Shown: positions 35,428 through 45,347 of the stretch, in pieces
How the letters are laid out: each line of letters begins with the position of its first letter
How positions within the stretch are numbered: position 1 is the first letter of the stretch
DNA from: an uncultured Dysosmobacter sp.
GTDB taxonomy: Bacteria > Bacillota > Clostridia > Oscillospirales > Oscillospiraceae
DNA length: 64,000 bases
Assembly (NCBI GenBank): GCA_947625655.1
Contig: CANQPD010000003.1
Location: 54,259-118,258 of the forward strand
Direction: 5' to 3'
Made by a program: the position numbers and the translations under genes
The notes under the pieces: generated by a model
Told to the model about the DNA's origin: nothing
Seen by the model: the letters and a program-made list of their open reading frames with translations, nothing else
Database searches by the model: none

Positions 35428-37674
35428 ATGCCAAAGAAAAAGCAGCCGGACGAGAACCGGCCCAAAGTCAATAATCCCAACGTCATGGGCCTTCGCGCGG
35501 CGGTGGTGGAGCAGCCCATCACCGACACTTTGGAGACCAACTACATGCCCTACGCCATGAGCGTCATCGTCTCCCGGGCCATTCCGGAGATCGACGGCTT
35601 CAAGCCCTCCCACCGCAAGCTCCTGTACACCATGTACAAGATGGGGCTGCTCACGGGGGCGCGGACCAAGTCCGCCAACATCGTGGGCCAGACCATGCGC
35701 CTGAACCCCCACGGCGACGCCGCCATCTACGACACCATGGTGCGCCTCTCCCGGGGCTACGGCGCGCTGCTGACGCCCTTTGTGGACTCCAAGGGCAACT
35801 TCGGCAAGTGCTACTCCCGGGACATGTCCTGGGCCGCCCCCCGGTACACCGAGGCCAAGCTGACGGCCATCTGCAGTGAGCTGTTCCGGGACATCGACAG
35901 CGACACCGTGGACTTCGTGGACAACTACGACAACACCATGAAGGAGCCGGCCCTGCTGCCCACCACCTTCCCCAATATCCTGGTGTCCGCCAACAGCGGC
36001 ATCGCCGTGGGCATGGCCTCCCAGTTCTGCGGCTTCAATTTGAAGGAGGTCTGCGACACCACCGTCGCATACCTGAAAAATCCCGACTGCGACCTGACGG
36101 AGACCCTGCTGGCGCCGGACTTCCCCACCGGCGGCGAGCTGATCTGCGACCCCAACGCCCTCCGGGAGATCTACGAGACCGGCCGGGGCAGCGTGCGGGT
36201 GCGGGCCAAATACCGCTATGTCAAAGAGGAAAACCTCATCGAGATCTATGAGATCCCCTACTCCACCACCGTGGAGGCGATTTTGGACAAGGTGGCCGAG
36301 CTCATCAAGGCGGGCAAGGCCAAGGAGATCGCCGACATGCGGGACGAGACGGACCTTTCGGGCCTGAAGCTGGCCATCGACTTAAAGCGGGGCACGGACC
36401 CGGACAAGCTGATGGCGAAGCTCTTCAAGCAGACGCCCCTGGAGGATGCCTTCTCCTGCAACTTCAACGTGCTGATCGCGGGAATGCCCCAGGTGCTGGG
36501 GGTCCGGCGCATTCTGGAGGAGTGGACCGCCTGGCGGACGGAGTCCGTCCGGCGGCGGGTGTACTTCGTGCTGAAAAAGAAGAAGGACAAGCTGCACCTC
36601 TTAAAGGGCCTCAAGCGTATCCTGCTGGACATCGACAAGGCCATCCGCATCATCCGGGAGACGGAGGAGGAGGCCGAGGTCATCCCCAACCTGATGATCG
36701 GCTTTGGCATTGACCAGATCCAGGCGGAATATGTGGCGGAGATCAAGCTGCGGAACATCAACAAGGAGTACATCCTCAAGCGCACCCGGGAGACCGACGC
36801 CCTGCGGGACGAGATCGACGACCTGGAGGACACCGTGAACAGCCCCCAGCGGCTGAAGAAGATCATCGTGGACGAGCTGAACGAGGCGGCGAAAAAGTAC
36901 GGCGAGCCCCGCCGCACCAGCATCGTCTACGGCCATGAGATCCAGGCCTATGTGGAGGAGGAGCAGGCGGAGGAGTACCCGGTGACGGTCTTCCTCTCCC
37001 GGGAGGGCTACTTCAAGAAGATCACCCCCGCCTCCCTGCGGATGAGCGGCGAGCAGAAGTTCAAGGAGGGCGACGGCCTGCGCCAGAGCTTTGAGACCAC
37101 CTCCAACGCGGAGATCATGTTCTTCACTGACAGGTGCCAGGTGTACAAGACCCGCCTGGGCGAGTTTGACGACACCAAGGCCAGCGTCCTGGGCGACTAT
37201 CTGCCGGCGAAGCTGGGCATGGACGCCGGGGAGAACGTCATCTACGCCGTTCTGCCGGGAGTGGACTACGCCGGTGCCCTGCTGTTCTTCTTTGAAAACG
37301 GCAAGGCGGCCCGGGTGGACCTGACCGCCTACAAGACCACCTCCAACCGCCGCAAGCTCACCGGCGCGTACTCCGACAAGGCGCCCCTTGCCTGCATCCG
37401 CCGCGTCGACGGCGACTGCGAGCTGGCGGTGTACTCCACGGAGCCCCGGTGCCTGATCTTCCACACCGCCCTGCTTGCCCCCAAGACCACCCGCACCACC
37501 CAGGGCGTGGCGGTGATGAACCTGAAGCCCAAATACCGTCTGGACACGGTGAAGGCATTGGAGGAGACCTCTATCGCAAACCAGAGCCGCTACCGGGTCC
37601 GGGCCGTCCCCGCCGCCGGCGCGCTGCTGCGGCAGGAGGATTCCGAGGAAAAGCAGATGAAGCTGCTGGATTGA
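35428..37674 (+). CDS. parC: type IIA topoisomerase subunit A (topoisomerase IV ParC-like)
   Basis: 748 aa: ...YMPYAMSVIVSRAIPEIDGFKPSHRKLLYTMY..., ...HPHGDAAIYDTMVRLS..., beta-pinwheel C-terminal domain. Confidence 0.85.
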   Translation: MPKKKQPDENRPKVNNPNVMGLRAAVVEQPITDTLETNYMPYAMSVIVSRAIPEIDGFKPSHRKLLYTMYKMGLLTGARTKSANIVGQTMRLNPHGDAAIYDTMVRLSRGYGALLTPFVDSKGNFGKCYSRDMSWAAPRYTEAKLTAICSELFRDIDSDTVDFVDNYDNTMKEPALLPTTFPNILVSANSGIAVGMASQFCGFNLKEVCDTTVAYLKNPDCDLTETLLAPDFPTGGELICDPNALREIYETGRGSVRVRAKYRYVKEENLIEIYEIPYSTTVEAILDKVAELIKAGKAKEIADMRDETDLSGLKLAIDLKRGTDPDKLMAKLFKQTPLEDAFSCNFNVLIAGMPQVLGVRRILEEWTAWRTESVRRRVYFVLKKKKDKLHLLKGLKRILLDIDKAIRIIRETEEEAEVIPNLMIGFGIDQIQAEYVAEIKLRNINKEYILKRTRETDALRDEIDDLEDTVNSPQRLKKIIVDELNEAAKKYGEPRRTSIVYGHEIQAYVEEEQAEEYPVTVFLSREGYFKKITPASLRMSGEQKFKEGDGLRQSFETTSNAEIMFFTDRCQVYKTRLGEFDDTKASVLGDYLPAKLGMDAGENVIYAVLPGVDYAGALLFFFENGKAARVDLTAYKTTSNRRKLTGAYSDKAPLACIRRVDGDCELAVYSTEPRCLIFHTALLAPKTTRTTQGVAVMNLKPKYRLDTVKALEETSIANQSRYRVRAVPAAGALLRQEDSEEKQMKLLD

Positions 37675-37677
37675 TGT

Positions 37678-38532
37678 ATGAAGAGATTTTTGAAGAGCTA
37701 CAGCATCATCACGCTGGGCTCCCTGGTTTTCGCCCTGGCCTTTGACTGGTTTTACGCGCCCAATCAGGTGGCCATGGGCGGGGTCACCGGCATCGCCCAG
37801 GTCATCAACGCGCTGGTTCCCCAGCTCTCCGTGGGCCTTTTGACCATCGTCATCAACATTCCCCTGTTCTTCGCCGGATGGAGGCTGATCGGGGCCCATC
37901 TGCTGCTGTCCTCCCTGTTCTCCATGGCGGTCAGCTCCCTGGCCATCGACCTCATCGCCGCCTTTTGGGCGTTTGCGCCCATGGACCCCATGCTGGCCTG
38001 TCTGTGCGGCAGCGCCATGATGGGGGCGGGCTTCGGCCTGGTGTTCTCCCAGGGGGCCACCACCGGCGGTACGGATATCGTGGCCAGGCTGCTGAAGCTG
38101 AAGCTCCCCTGGCTGCCCATGGGGAAACTGCTGCTGGTGCCGGACGGCGTTGTCTTGGCGCTGGCGGCCCTGACCTTTGGCCGGATTGACGCGGCGCTGT
38201 ACGGCGCGGTGGGGCTGTTCGTCTCCACCCGGGTGATGGACGCGGTGCTGTACGGCCCCAACACCGCCAAGGTGGCCTACATCATCTCCGACAGCTGGGA
38301 GGAGATCTCCGCCGCGCTGCTGGGCCAGGACCGAGGGGTTACGATCCTCCAGGGGCAGGGGGCCTACACCCATCACGAAAAGCAGGTGCTGCTGATCGCG
38401 TTCCGGCAAAAGGAGATCGTGCAGATCAAGCGGATCGTCCACGAAGCGGACCCCCGGGCGTTTTTCATCGTCTGCAACGCCCACGAGGTGCTGGGAGAGG
38501 GCTTTGTGGAATATCAAAAGGAGGAAATTTGA
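37678..38532 (+). CDS. YitT family membrane protein (DUF2179)
   Basis: 284 aa: FALAFDWFYAPNQVAMGGVTGIAQ..., ...GVTILQGQGAYTHHEKQVLLIAFRQKEIVQIKRIVHEADPRAFFIV. Confidence 0.8.
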   Translation: MKRFLKSYSIITLGSLVFALAFDWFYAPNQVAMGGVTGIAQVINALVPQLSVGLLTIVINIPLFFAGWRLIGAHLLLSSLFSMAVSSLAIDLIAAFWAFAPMDPMLACLCGSAMMGAGFGLVFSQGATTGGTDIVARLLKLKLPWLPMGKLLLVPDGVVLALAALTFGRIDAALYGAVGLFVSTRVMDAVLYGPNTAKVAYIISDSWEEISAALLGQDRGVTILQGQGAYTHHEKQVLLIAFRQKEIVQIKRIVHEADPRAFFIVCNAHEVLGEGFVEYQKEEI

Positions 38533-38533
38533 A

Positions 38534-39130
38534 ATGACGGATTTTTCAACTGTTCAGAAAAACCTGACCGCCCGGGGCTTTGCCGTCAGGATTTTTGCCA
38601 CCGGCGCCCAGGCCGCCGCTTACCTGGACAGCGTCATCGACGGCAAAAGCGTCGGCTTCGGCGGCTCCGCCACGCTGGACGCCCTGGGCCTGTATGAGGC
38701 CCTGGGAAAGCACAACACCGTCATCTGGCACTGGAAGCAGGAGGCGGGCCCCGCCCGGAGGGCCGCCATGCAGACGGATATCTACCTCTCCTCCGCCAAC
38801 GCCCTGGCGGAGACCGGCGAGATCGTCAACATCGACGGCGCCGGCAACCGGGTGGCCGCCACGCTGTTCGGCCATGAGAAGGTGTATTTCGTCATCGGCC
38901 GCAACAAGCTGGCCGCCACATACGACGAGGCCGTCCGGCGGGCCCGGAACGTGGCCGCGCCCCAGCGGGCCAGGCAATTGGGCAAAAAGACCCCCTGCGC
39001 CGTCAAGCTGGACCGCTGCTATGACTGCAAGAGCCCGGAGCGTGTCTGCCGGGCGCTGGTAACACTGTGGGGGCCCATGATGGGCATGGAGACAGAAGTT
39101 TTGCTGGTGGACGAGGATCTGGGGCTGTAA
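38534..39130 (+). CDS. LUD-domain (LutC/YkgG-like) lactate-utilisation family protein
   Basis: MTDFSTVQKNLTARGFAVRIFATGAQAAAYL...LSSANALAETGEIVNIDGAGNRVAA...VIGRNKL. Confidence 0.7.
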   Translation: MTDFSTVQKNLTARGFAVRIFATGAQAAAYLDSVIDGKSVGFGGSATLDALGLYEALGKHNTVIWHWKQEAGPARRAAMQTDIYLSSANALAETGEIVNIDGAGNRVAATLFGHEKVYFVIGRNKLAATYDEAVRRARNVAAPQRARQLGKKTPCAVKLDRCYDCKSPERVCRALVTLWGPMMGMETEVLLVDEDLGL

Positions 39131-39158
39131 GGCAAACATTGGAGAGGAGGCGCCGCCT

Positions 39159-39905
39159 GTGCGCAGATGCTGGATACTGCTGCTGTCGTGCCTGTGGCTG
39201 CTGACAGGCTGCGCTTCCCTGCTGGAGCGGGAATACAGCACCGCTGAGCCCCACAGCAGCAAATTCTGGGAGGGCGAGTCCGCCGGCACGCTGCGGGCGG
39301 AGAATCAGCAGGACATCGTCAACGACCTCCTGCTGCTCATTGGCCAGCACACGGAGACCGCCACGCTGCGGCTCTATAATTTCCAGGACGATCTGACGGT
39401 GACGGGCACCCTGGAGCAGGCGGCGGCGGAGGTCCAGCAGGAGACGCCCATGGGCGCTTACGCGGTATCGTACATCACCTCCTCCAGCCAGGCCCAGCGG
39501 GGCTATTACGAGGCGGAGCTCCAAATCGGCTACCGCCGGACGGCGGAGCAGATCCAGGCGGTGGTAAACGCCACCAGCACGGAGGCGCTGTACAGCCTGC
39601 TGGAGTCCGCCCTGGAAAACGGCCGGTCCGAGCTGGCGGTGCGCATCGGCTATTGGGGCCAGGACGACCCGGACAAGGTGGCCGCCGCCGTGGCCCAGCT
39701 CCGGGAGGAGCTGGGGCTGACGGACACGCCGGAGTGGGTGGTGAATTACTATCCGGAAAACAGCTCCGTGGGCCTGATCGAATTTTTGCTGGATCCCCCC
39801 GCCCAGGAGGAACCGGACGCCGGCGGGACGGCGGACGCGCCGGAGGAAACACCCGCTCTGCCGGAGGAGGAACCGGCGGAGCCGGAAGCGGGCTTGACGC
39901 CATAA
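39159..39905 (+). CDS. lipoprotein, function unknown (GTG start), acidic PE-rich tail
   Basis: MRRCWILLLSCLWLLTGCAS lipobox. No recognised domain. Confidence 0.6.
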   Translation: MRRCWILLLSCLWLLTGCASLLEREYSTAEPHSSKFWEGESAGTLRAENQQDIVNDLLLLIGQHTETATLRLYNFQDDLTVTGTLEQAAAEVQQETPMGAYAVSYITSSSQAQRGYYEAELQIGYRRTAEQIQAVVNATSTEALYSLLESALENGRSELAVRIGYWGQDDPDKVAAAVAQLREELGLTDTPEWVVNYYPENSSVGLIEFLLDPPAQEEPDAGGTADAPEETPALPEEEPAEPEAGLTP

Positions 39906-39908
39906 AAT

Positions 39909-40191
39909 CAGGGGGCCATCGAAGGGATGGCCCCCTGTTCCGCTTGCCAAAAAAACTCTGTTTGGAGAAAAAGCGTTCCGATTCGCAGGGGGAGTACGAG
40001 GGGGCGGGGCCCCCTCGTGTTGAATCGAATGCCTGCAAAAAGCCTGCGGCAGCAGGCGTTTGCGCCGCATCGCGGCTGCTTTTTGGGCTGCGAAGCAGGC
40101 AAAAAAGCGAGGCATTGTTCAGGCTGTCAAAAAAGTCCAGTGGACTTTTTCGACAGCCTGAACAGGGGGCCATCGAAGGGATGGCCCCCTG
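39909..40191. repeat. 225-bp insert (39938-40162) flanked by a perfect 29-bp direct duplication of a palindromic terminator hairpin; inverted homolog of the 9245-9464 insert
   Basis: CAGGGGGCCATCGAAGGGATGGCCCCCTG occurs at 39909-39937 and 40163-40191. By eye, the reverse complement of the insert aligns with 9245-9464 along its whole length at roughly 80% identity. Confidence 0.85.
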
Positions 40192-40197
40192 ATTCAT

Positions 40198-40815
40198 TCA
40201 GCGCGTGAAATCAAGCCTTACCAGTTTCTTTCCGTTGGGCAATCCCGCCTCCTCCCGCAGGATCTGCCGGTATCCGATGGCGTCCATCGCCTGGGACAGC
40301 GCATGCTCCTCCATCTGGTGATGGACCTCTTCCAGGCGGTCAAACACATGGAGATACGGTGAGTCGGAGACGAAGCCCTCATCCGTGTTGATCTGGATGG
40401 CGCAGGACACATATTTCGGCTCCACCGCCAGGACCGCCTTTTGAAAATGCCCATACCCGATATACTCGATCAGGAGGTTTGCGATCAGCAGCTCCGCGTG
40501 GGGCAGCCGCTCCGTCTCCCGCGTCAGGTCCGCGCAGACCGTCTCCAAAACGCCTTTCAGGGCGGGATACCGGCCTGCGTACGTTTGCAGATAGGTCTCG
40601 TTGATGTCCACGCCGTAGACCTTGCGGAAGCCCTGACCGCCGATATGCTCCAGGCCGTTTCCCCCGGCGACCCCCAAGATCATGACGGAAGCGGCGGGGC
40701 AGGCGGAAAACTGCTCCTTCATCATCCGGTTCATCGCCTGAAGCTGCGATACGCTGTCCAGCCCCATGTGCGCCTCGTAGTCGTCCAGGCCGATCTCCTT
40801 CCACGGATTTTCCAT
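40198..40815 (-). CDS. class I SAM-dependent methyltransferase
   Basis: 205 aa: ...VMILGVAGGNGLEHI (motif I)..., ...VYGVDINE.... Confidence 0.75.
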   Translation of the reverse strand: MENPWKEIGLDDYEAHMGLDSVSQLQAMNRMMKEQFSACPAASVMILGVAGGNGLEHIGGQGFRKVYGVDINETYLQTYAGRYPALKGVLETVCADLTRETERLPHAELLIANLLIEYIGYGHFQKAVLAVEPKYVSCAIQINTDEGFVSDSPYLHVFDRLEEVHHQMEEHALSQAMDAIGYRQILREEAGLPNGKKLVRLDFTR

Positions 40816-40968
40816 ATGGCCGCCCCCTTATGATAAGTGATGCTCTATCCTACCACGGGGCGTTTTCCGGCGCAAGTGGGGAAAATGCGGGCCGCCCATA
40901 TGTGTTCTTGCAAACGGCGGCAAAACGCGGTACACTGTTGCATATCCTGTTTGGGAGGAACCCACGCC

Positions 40969-42180
40969 ATGAAGACCACCCGCAAGCCCCTGGGGCTTTA
41001 CATCCATATCCCCTTCTGCAAACAGAAGTGCGCCTACTGCGATTTCTACTCTCTCTCCGGCAGGGAGAGCCGCATGGACGACTATACGGACGCCCTCTGC
41101 GCCCACCTGCTGGAGACCGCCCCCTTTGCTGCGGGACACACGGTGGACACCGTATACTTCGGCGGCGGGACCCCCAGCTATCTGGGGGAAAAGCGGCTGG
41201 CCAGGATCTTGAAGGCCGTCTTTAAAAAATACCATGTGGCCAAGGACGCGGAGATCACCCTGGAGGCCAACCCGGACTCCGCCGGGGACTGGAAGGTGCT
41301 GAAGACCCTGCGCAGGGCGGGGATCAACCGCCTGTCCCTGGGGATGCAGTCCGCCTGCGACGCGGAGCTTCGTGAGATCGGCCGGATCCACACCATGGAT
41401 CAGGTCCGCGCCGCCGTGGAGGCCGCCCGGAGGGCCGGGATCGACAATTTGTCCCTGGACCTGATCTACGGCCTGCCCCACCAGACCATGGAGCGGTGGC
41501 AGCAGAATCTTGCCGCCGCGGTGGACCTGGCGCCGGAGCACCTGAGCTGCTACGGCCTGAAAGTTGAAGAGGGCACCCCTCTCTTCGCCCGGCGGGAGGC
41601 CGCCGGACTGCCGGGGGACGAGGAGCAGGCGGACATGTACCTGTACACCGTGGACTATCTCAGCCGCCACGGCTACCGCCAATATGAGATCTCCAACTTT
41701 GCCCGGACGGGCCGGGAGTCCCGTCACAATTTGAAATACTGGCTGCTGGAGGAATACGCCGGCTTCGGCCCCGGCGCCCATTCGGACTTCGGGGATGTGC
41801 GCTACGCCTATGAAAGGGATCTGGAGGGCTACATCCGGGGCATAAAGGACCACGCCCCCATGCTGTCGGAGAGCGAGCGCATCCCGCCGCTCAGCCGGGA
41901 TACGGAGTGGGTCATGCTGGGGCTGCGGACCGTCCGGGGATTGGATCCCCGGGAGTTTGAGACCCGCTTCCGCCGCCGCTTTGCCTGCTTCCTGCCCTTT
42001 CTGGAGCGGTGCCGGCAGGCGGGCTACGCCGTGCTGGAGGAGGGCCGCTGGCATCTGACGCCCCGGGGCTTTTTGGTCTCCAACCAGATCATCGGCGGGA
42101 TGCTGGACGCCCTGGCGGAGGACAAGCGCCGCCGGGCCGAGGCCGCCGCAAGGGGCGACTTCCGGATAACCCCAGCGTGA
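40969..42180 (+). CDS. hemW: radical SAM heme chaperone HemW (oxygen-independent coproporphyrinogen oxidase-like)
   Basis: MKTTRKPLGLYIHIPFCKQKCAYCDFYS (CxxxCxxC)..., ...YFGGGTPS..., HemN_C-like tail. GGGAGGA SD before ATG 40969. Confidence 0.85.
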   Translation: MKTTRKPLGLYIHIPFCKQKCAYCDFYSLSGRESRMDDYTDALCAHLLETAPFAAGHTVDTVYFGGGTPSYLGEKRLARILKAVFKKYHVAKDAEITLEANPDSAGDWKVLKTLRRAGINRLSLGMQSACDAELREIGRIHTMDQVRAAVEAARRAGIDNLSLDLIYGLPHQTMERWQQNLAAAVDLAPEHLSCYGLKVEEGTPLFARREAAGLPGDEEQADMYLYTVDYLSRHGYRQYEISNFARTGRESRHNLKYWLLEEYAGFGPGAHSDFGDVRYAYERDLEGYIRGIKDHAPMLSESERIPPLSRDTEWVMLGLRTVRGLDPREFETRFRRRFACFLPFLERCRQAGYAVLEEGRWHLTPRGFLVSNQIIGGMLDALAEDKRRRAEAAARGDFRITPA

Positions 42181-42284
42181 AACCGAGATAAAAGTGAAGA
42201 GATAAGAGATAAAAAATATCCCCTGTCGTTATCTCTTATCTTTTATCTCTTATCTCTTATCTTAATTTGCAGTTGGGTGATACT

Positions 42285-43319
42285 ATGCACGTCTATTCCA
42301 CGGGCCAATGGGTCCTGCTGTTTTTCTTCTACTGTCTCTGCGGCTGGGTGTGGGAGTCCTGCTACGTCTCCGCCCGCCAGCGCCGCTGGGTCAACCGGGG
42401 CTTCCTGCAGGGGCCGCTGCTGCCCATCTACGGCTCCGGGGCCATCATCATCCTGTTCGCCACGCTGCCGGTGGCGGGGAGCCTGCCGCTGATCTGGCTG
42501 TTCGGCATGATCGCCGCCACGGCGCTGGAATATGTGGTGGGCGCCGCCATGGAAAAGATTTTTAAAGTCCGCTACTGGGACTACTCCAGCCAGAAATTCA
42601 ACCTGAACGGCCACATCTGCCTGACCAGCTCCATCGCCTGGGGCTTCTTCTCCATCCTGCTGGTGCGGTGCATCCACCCGCCCATCGGGCGGCTGCTGGC
42701 GGATGTGCCCGCCTGGCTGGTGGATCCCCTGGCCCTGGTGCTGACCGCCGCCTTTACGGTGGATGTGGTGCGCTCCGTCCAGGCCGCCCTGGATCTGCGG
42801 GAGACGCTTGCCCGGCTCACCGAGGAGAACGAGGATCTGCGCCGTCTCGCCAAGCGGGCCGAGGTGGCCGCCGCCTTTGCCGAGGACGACCTCCGCCGCT
42901 TCCGGGAGCGGACGGAGGTGGAGAAGCTGGTGTGGCAGCTGCGGCTGGAAGAGGGCGCGGATCAGCTGCGGGACGCCCAGGCCGCCCGGAAGCAGCGCCG
43001 CCTGGAGGCGCTGGAGGACTCCCTCCACCGCCGCACCAACGCCAAGCTGGAGGTGCTGCACACCATCTCCGACGCGCTGGAGACCTGCCGGGACCATCTT
43101 GCGGAGATCCCCGACATGACCGCCGAGATGCTGGAGGAGCGCCGCGCCGATTTGAACGAGGCCATCGAAAAGGTCCGGGAGCGGGAAGCCGCTGTCCGCG
43201 CCCGCAGCGCCAAGACCTATCAGAAGTCCCTGCGCATTTTGCAGGGCAACCCCTCCGCCATGGCGAAGGGCTTCGAGGAGGCTATGGACGCCCTGCGGAA
43301 GCTGGGGGAGCGGAAATAA
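42285..43319 (+). CDS. polytopic membrane protein (putative ABC-transporter type IV / CmpB-like family) with long C-terminal coiled-coil
   Basis: ...FFFYCLCGWVWESCYVS...GFLQGPLLPIYGSGA..., ...YWDYSSQKFNLNGHICL.... The family call is from memory. Confidence 0.55.
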   Translation: MHVYSTGQWVLLFFFYCLCGWVWESCYVSARQRRWVNRGFLQGPLLPIYGSGAIIILFATLPVAGSLPLIWLFGMIAATALEYVVGAAMEKIFKVRYWDYSSQKFNLNGHICLTSSIAWGFFSILLVRCIHPPIGRLLADVPAWLVDPLALVLTAAFTVDVVRSVQAALDLRETLARLTEENEDLRRLAKRAEVAAAFAEDDLRRFRERTEVEKLVWQLRLEEGADQLRDAQAARKQRRLEALEDSLHRRTNAKLEVLHTISDALETCRDHLAEIPDMTAEMLEERRADLNEAIEKVREREAAVRARSAKTYQKSLRILQGNPSAMAKGFEEAMDALRKLGERK

Positions 43320-43354
43320 GTGTGAAAAAAGAGACGCCTTGCGGCGTCTCTTTT

Positions 43355-43849
43355 TCACGCGAGCCCAACGGCGGCCATCAGCTCCTGGCGGAGGGCGCCG
43401 CCCCGCTCATCGCCCCAGTAGTCCAGGCAGACCACGTCGCCCTGTCCGTTGGGGCCGGGGCGGGTGTCGTCCCAAAAGTGTTCAAATTCGTTGTTGAAGT
43501 GGAAATAGTCCCCTTCCGGTCCCGCCAGACTGAACCGCACGCCGTCGCTGTGCCTGTACCCCTCCAAAACGATCTCCTTCAGGGCGGTGCTGCCGAAAAC
43601 GGCGCTCCAGTGCAGGTGGTAGCTGTGCCGGTCCAGCACGGCGCGTAGTTCCTCCATCTCCGGCGTTTCCGGCTGGGCGGCCATTACAACTTTCGTGCCG
43701 GACCACTCCATGCAGAATTTCAAGGGGGCGGATGTATCCACCAGCTCCGTCAAAGGCCGGGGCCGCAGGATGTGGATGGGCGTTCCCACCACGATCACCA
43801 CAATGGCCGCCAGCACCGTCCAAAACAGGATATCCTTGAGTTTTTTCAT
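43355..43849 (-). CDS. hypothetical N-terminally anchored protein
   Basis: 164 aa: MKKLKDILFWTVLAAIVVIVVG TM, then a soluble domain. No recognised family. Confidence 0.5.
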   Translation of the reverse strand: MKKLKDILFWTVLAAIVVIVVGTPIHILRPRPLTELVDTSAPLKFCMEWSGTKVVMAAQPETPEMEELRAVLDRHSYHLHWSAVFGSTALKEIVLEGYRHSDGVRFSLAGPEGDYFHFNNEFEHFWDDTRPGPNGQGDVVCLDYWGDERGGALRQELMAAVGLA

Positions 43850-43856
43850 TTTCCTG

Positions 43857-44729
43857 TCAGACTCCTTTCAAATCAAAGTCCGGCGTGTACTCCTCCTTTG
43901 CCGAGGTCCGCTCCTGGGTGTAGCCGTCCACGACGCCGCAGTTCTCCATGTACTGAACAGCCGCCCGGTACTCCGCCTTCGTCACATGGCGGCTGAGGTT
44001 CCCCTGGGCCCCCGGCTGGGGGGTGTACTGGCTCATGAGGGAGAACAGCACGTCGCCGGGGCGGAAGGTCTCCGCCACCCAGTCGATCACCCGCCGGGTG
44101 TTCTCCAGCTCCCCCGGCAGGAGCAGGTGCCGGATCAGGACGCCCCGCTTCAGCAGCCCGTCCTCCATGCGGTAGGGCCCGGTCTGGCGGAACATCTCCA
44201 AAATGGCGGCGCTGGCCCATTCAAAATAGTCCTCCGCCGCCGAGTATTTCTTCGCCGGCCCCGGCAGGGCGTATTTCAGGTCGGGCAGGTAGACCTGCAC
44301 CTTCCCCTCCAGCAGCCCCAGGGTGTCCGGCTTCTCATACCCGCCGCAGTTCCACACCACCGGCACCGGCCAGGGCTCGTCTCCCAGGGCCTCCAGGATT
44401 GCCGGGGTGAAGTGGGTGGGGGTCACCAGATCCAGGCAGGCCGCCCCCCGGGCGATCAATTCTTCAAAGATCTCCCGCAGGCGGGCGGCGGCAATAGGTC
44501 TGCCGAAGCCCTCCTGGGAGATGACGCCGTTCTGGCAGAAGCGGCACCGCAGATTGCAGCCGGAGAAAAACACCGTCCCGGCCCCGTGGTCTCCCACAAG
44601 GCACGGCTCCTCCCACTGGTGGAGCATCGCCTTCGCCACCACCGGGGCGGCGGGCATCCGGCACACGCCGCCCGCCTTCTCCGCCGTCCGTTCCGCCCCG
44701 CAGCCGCGGGGGCACAGGTTACAGATCAT
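43857..44729 (-). CDS. radical SAM protein, PflX/pyruvate-formate-lyase-activase-like
   Basis: 290 aa: ...FFSGCNLRCRFCQN (CxxxCxxC), N-terminal CNLCPRGC cluster. Confidence 0.8.
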   Translation of the reverse strand: MICNLCPRGCGAERTAEKAGGVCRMPAAPVVAKAMLHQWEEPCLVGDHGAGTVFFSGCNLRCRFCQNGVISQEGFGRPIAAARLREIFEELIARGAACLDLVTPTHFTPAILEALGDEPWPVPVVWNCGGYEKPDTLGLLEGKVQVYLPDLKYALPGPAKKYSAAEDYFEWASAAILEMFRQTGPYRMEDGLLKRGVLIRHLLLPGELENTRRVIDWVAETFRPGDVLFSLMSQYTPQPGAQGNLSRHVTKAEYRAAVQYMENCGVVDGYTQERTSAKEEYTPDFDLKGV

Positions 44730-45313
44730 CGCTTCTCCACATCAAAGTCCGGGCCCAGGTCGCCGGCCATCCAGTGGCGGCGGCACAGGCCGATGTACTG
44801 GTCGTTGGCCCCGAGAACCACCTGCTCGCCCTCCTTCAGCACCTTGCCGCTGCGGTCAAACCGGGCGTTGAACAGGGCCTTTCTGCCGCACCAGCAGATG
44901 GTCTTGACCTCCTCCAGCTTGTCTGCCAGGACCAGCAGGGCCTCGCTGCCGGGGAACAGGTCCCCCTTGAAGTCCGCCCGCAGGCCGTAGCAGATCACGG
45001 GGATCTCCAGCACGTCCACCAGGTAGACCAGATACAGCACCTCGTCCTTGGTCAAAAACTGGGCCTCGTCCACGATGATGCAGGCGTTTTGCTGCAGCTC
45101 CATGACGGTGAGCTTTTGCAGCTCGTCAAAATAGATGCAGGGATAGGACAGGCCGATACGGGAGGCCACCATGTGGTCGCCGTCCCGGGTGTCCAGCCGG
45201 GGCTTCACCAGCAGCGTCTGCTGGCCCCGCTCCTCATAGTTGAACCGCACCATCAGGGCGTTGGCTGTCTTGCTGGAGCCCATGGCTCCGTATTTGAAAT
45301 AGAGCTGTGCCAT
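44726..45313 (-). CDS. tdk: thymidine kinase
   Basis: MAQLYFKYGAMGSSKTANAL (P-loop)..., ...IVDEAQFL..., ...CWCGRKALFNAR...CRRH zinc motif. Confidence 0.9.
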   Translation of the reverse strand: MAQLYFKYGAMGSSKTANALMVRFNYEERGQQTLLVKPRLDTRDGDHMVASRIGLSYPCIYFDELQKLTVMELQQNACIIVDEAQFLTKDEVLYLVYLVDVLEIPVICYGLRADFKGDLFPGSEALLVLADKLEEVKTICWCGRKALFNARFDRSGKVLKEGEQVVLGANDQYIGLCRRHWMAGDLGPDFDVEKR

Positions 45314-45347
45314 TATATGTCGTTCTCCTTGTTCTCCTTGGTTGATT

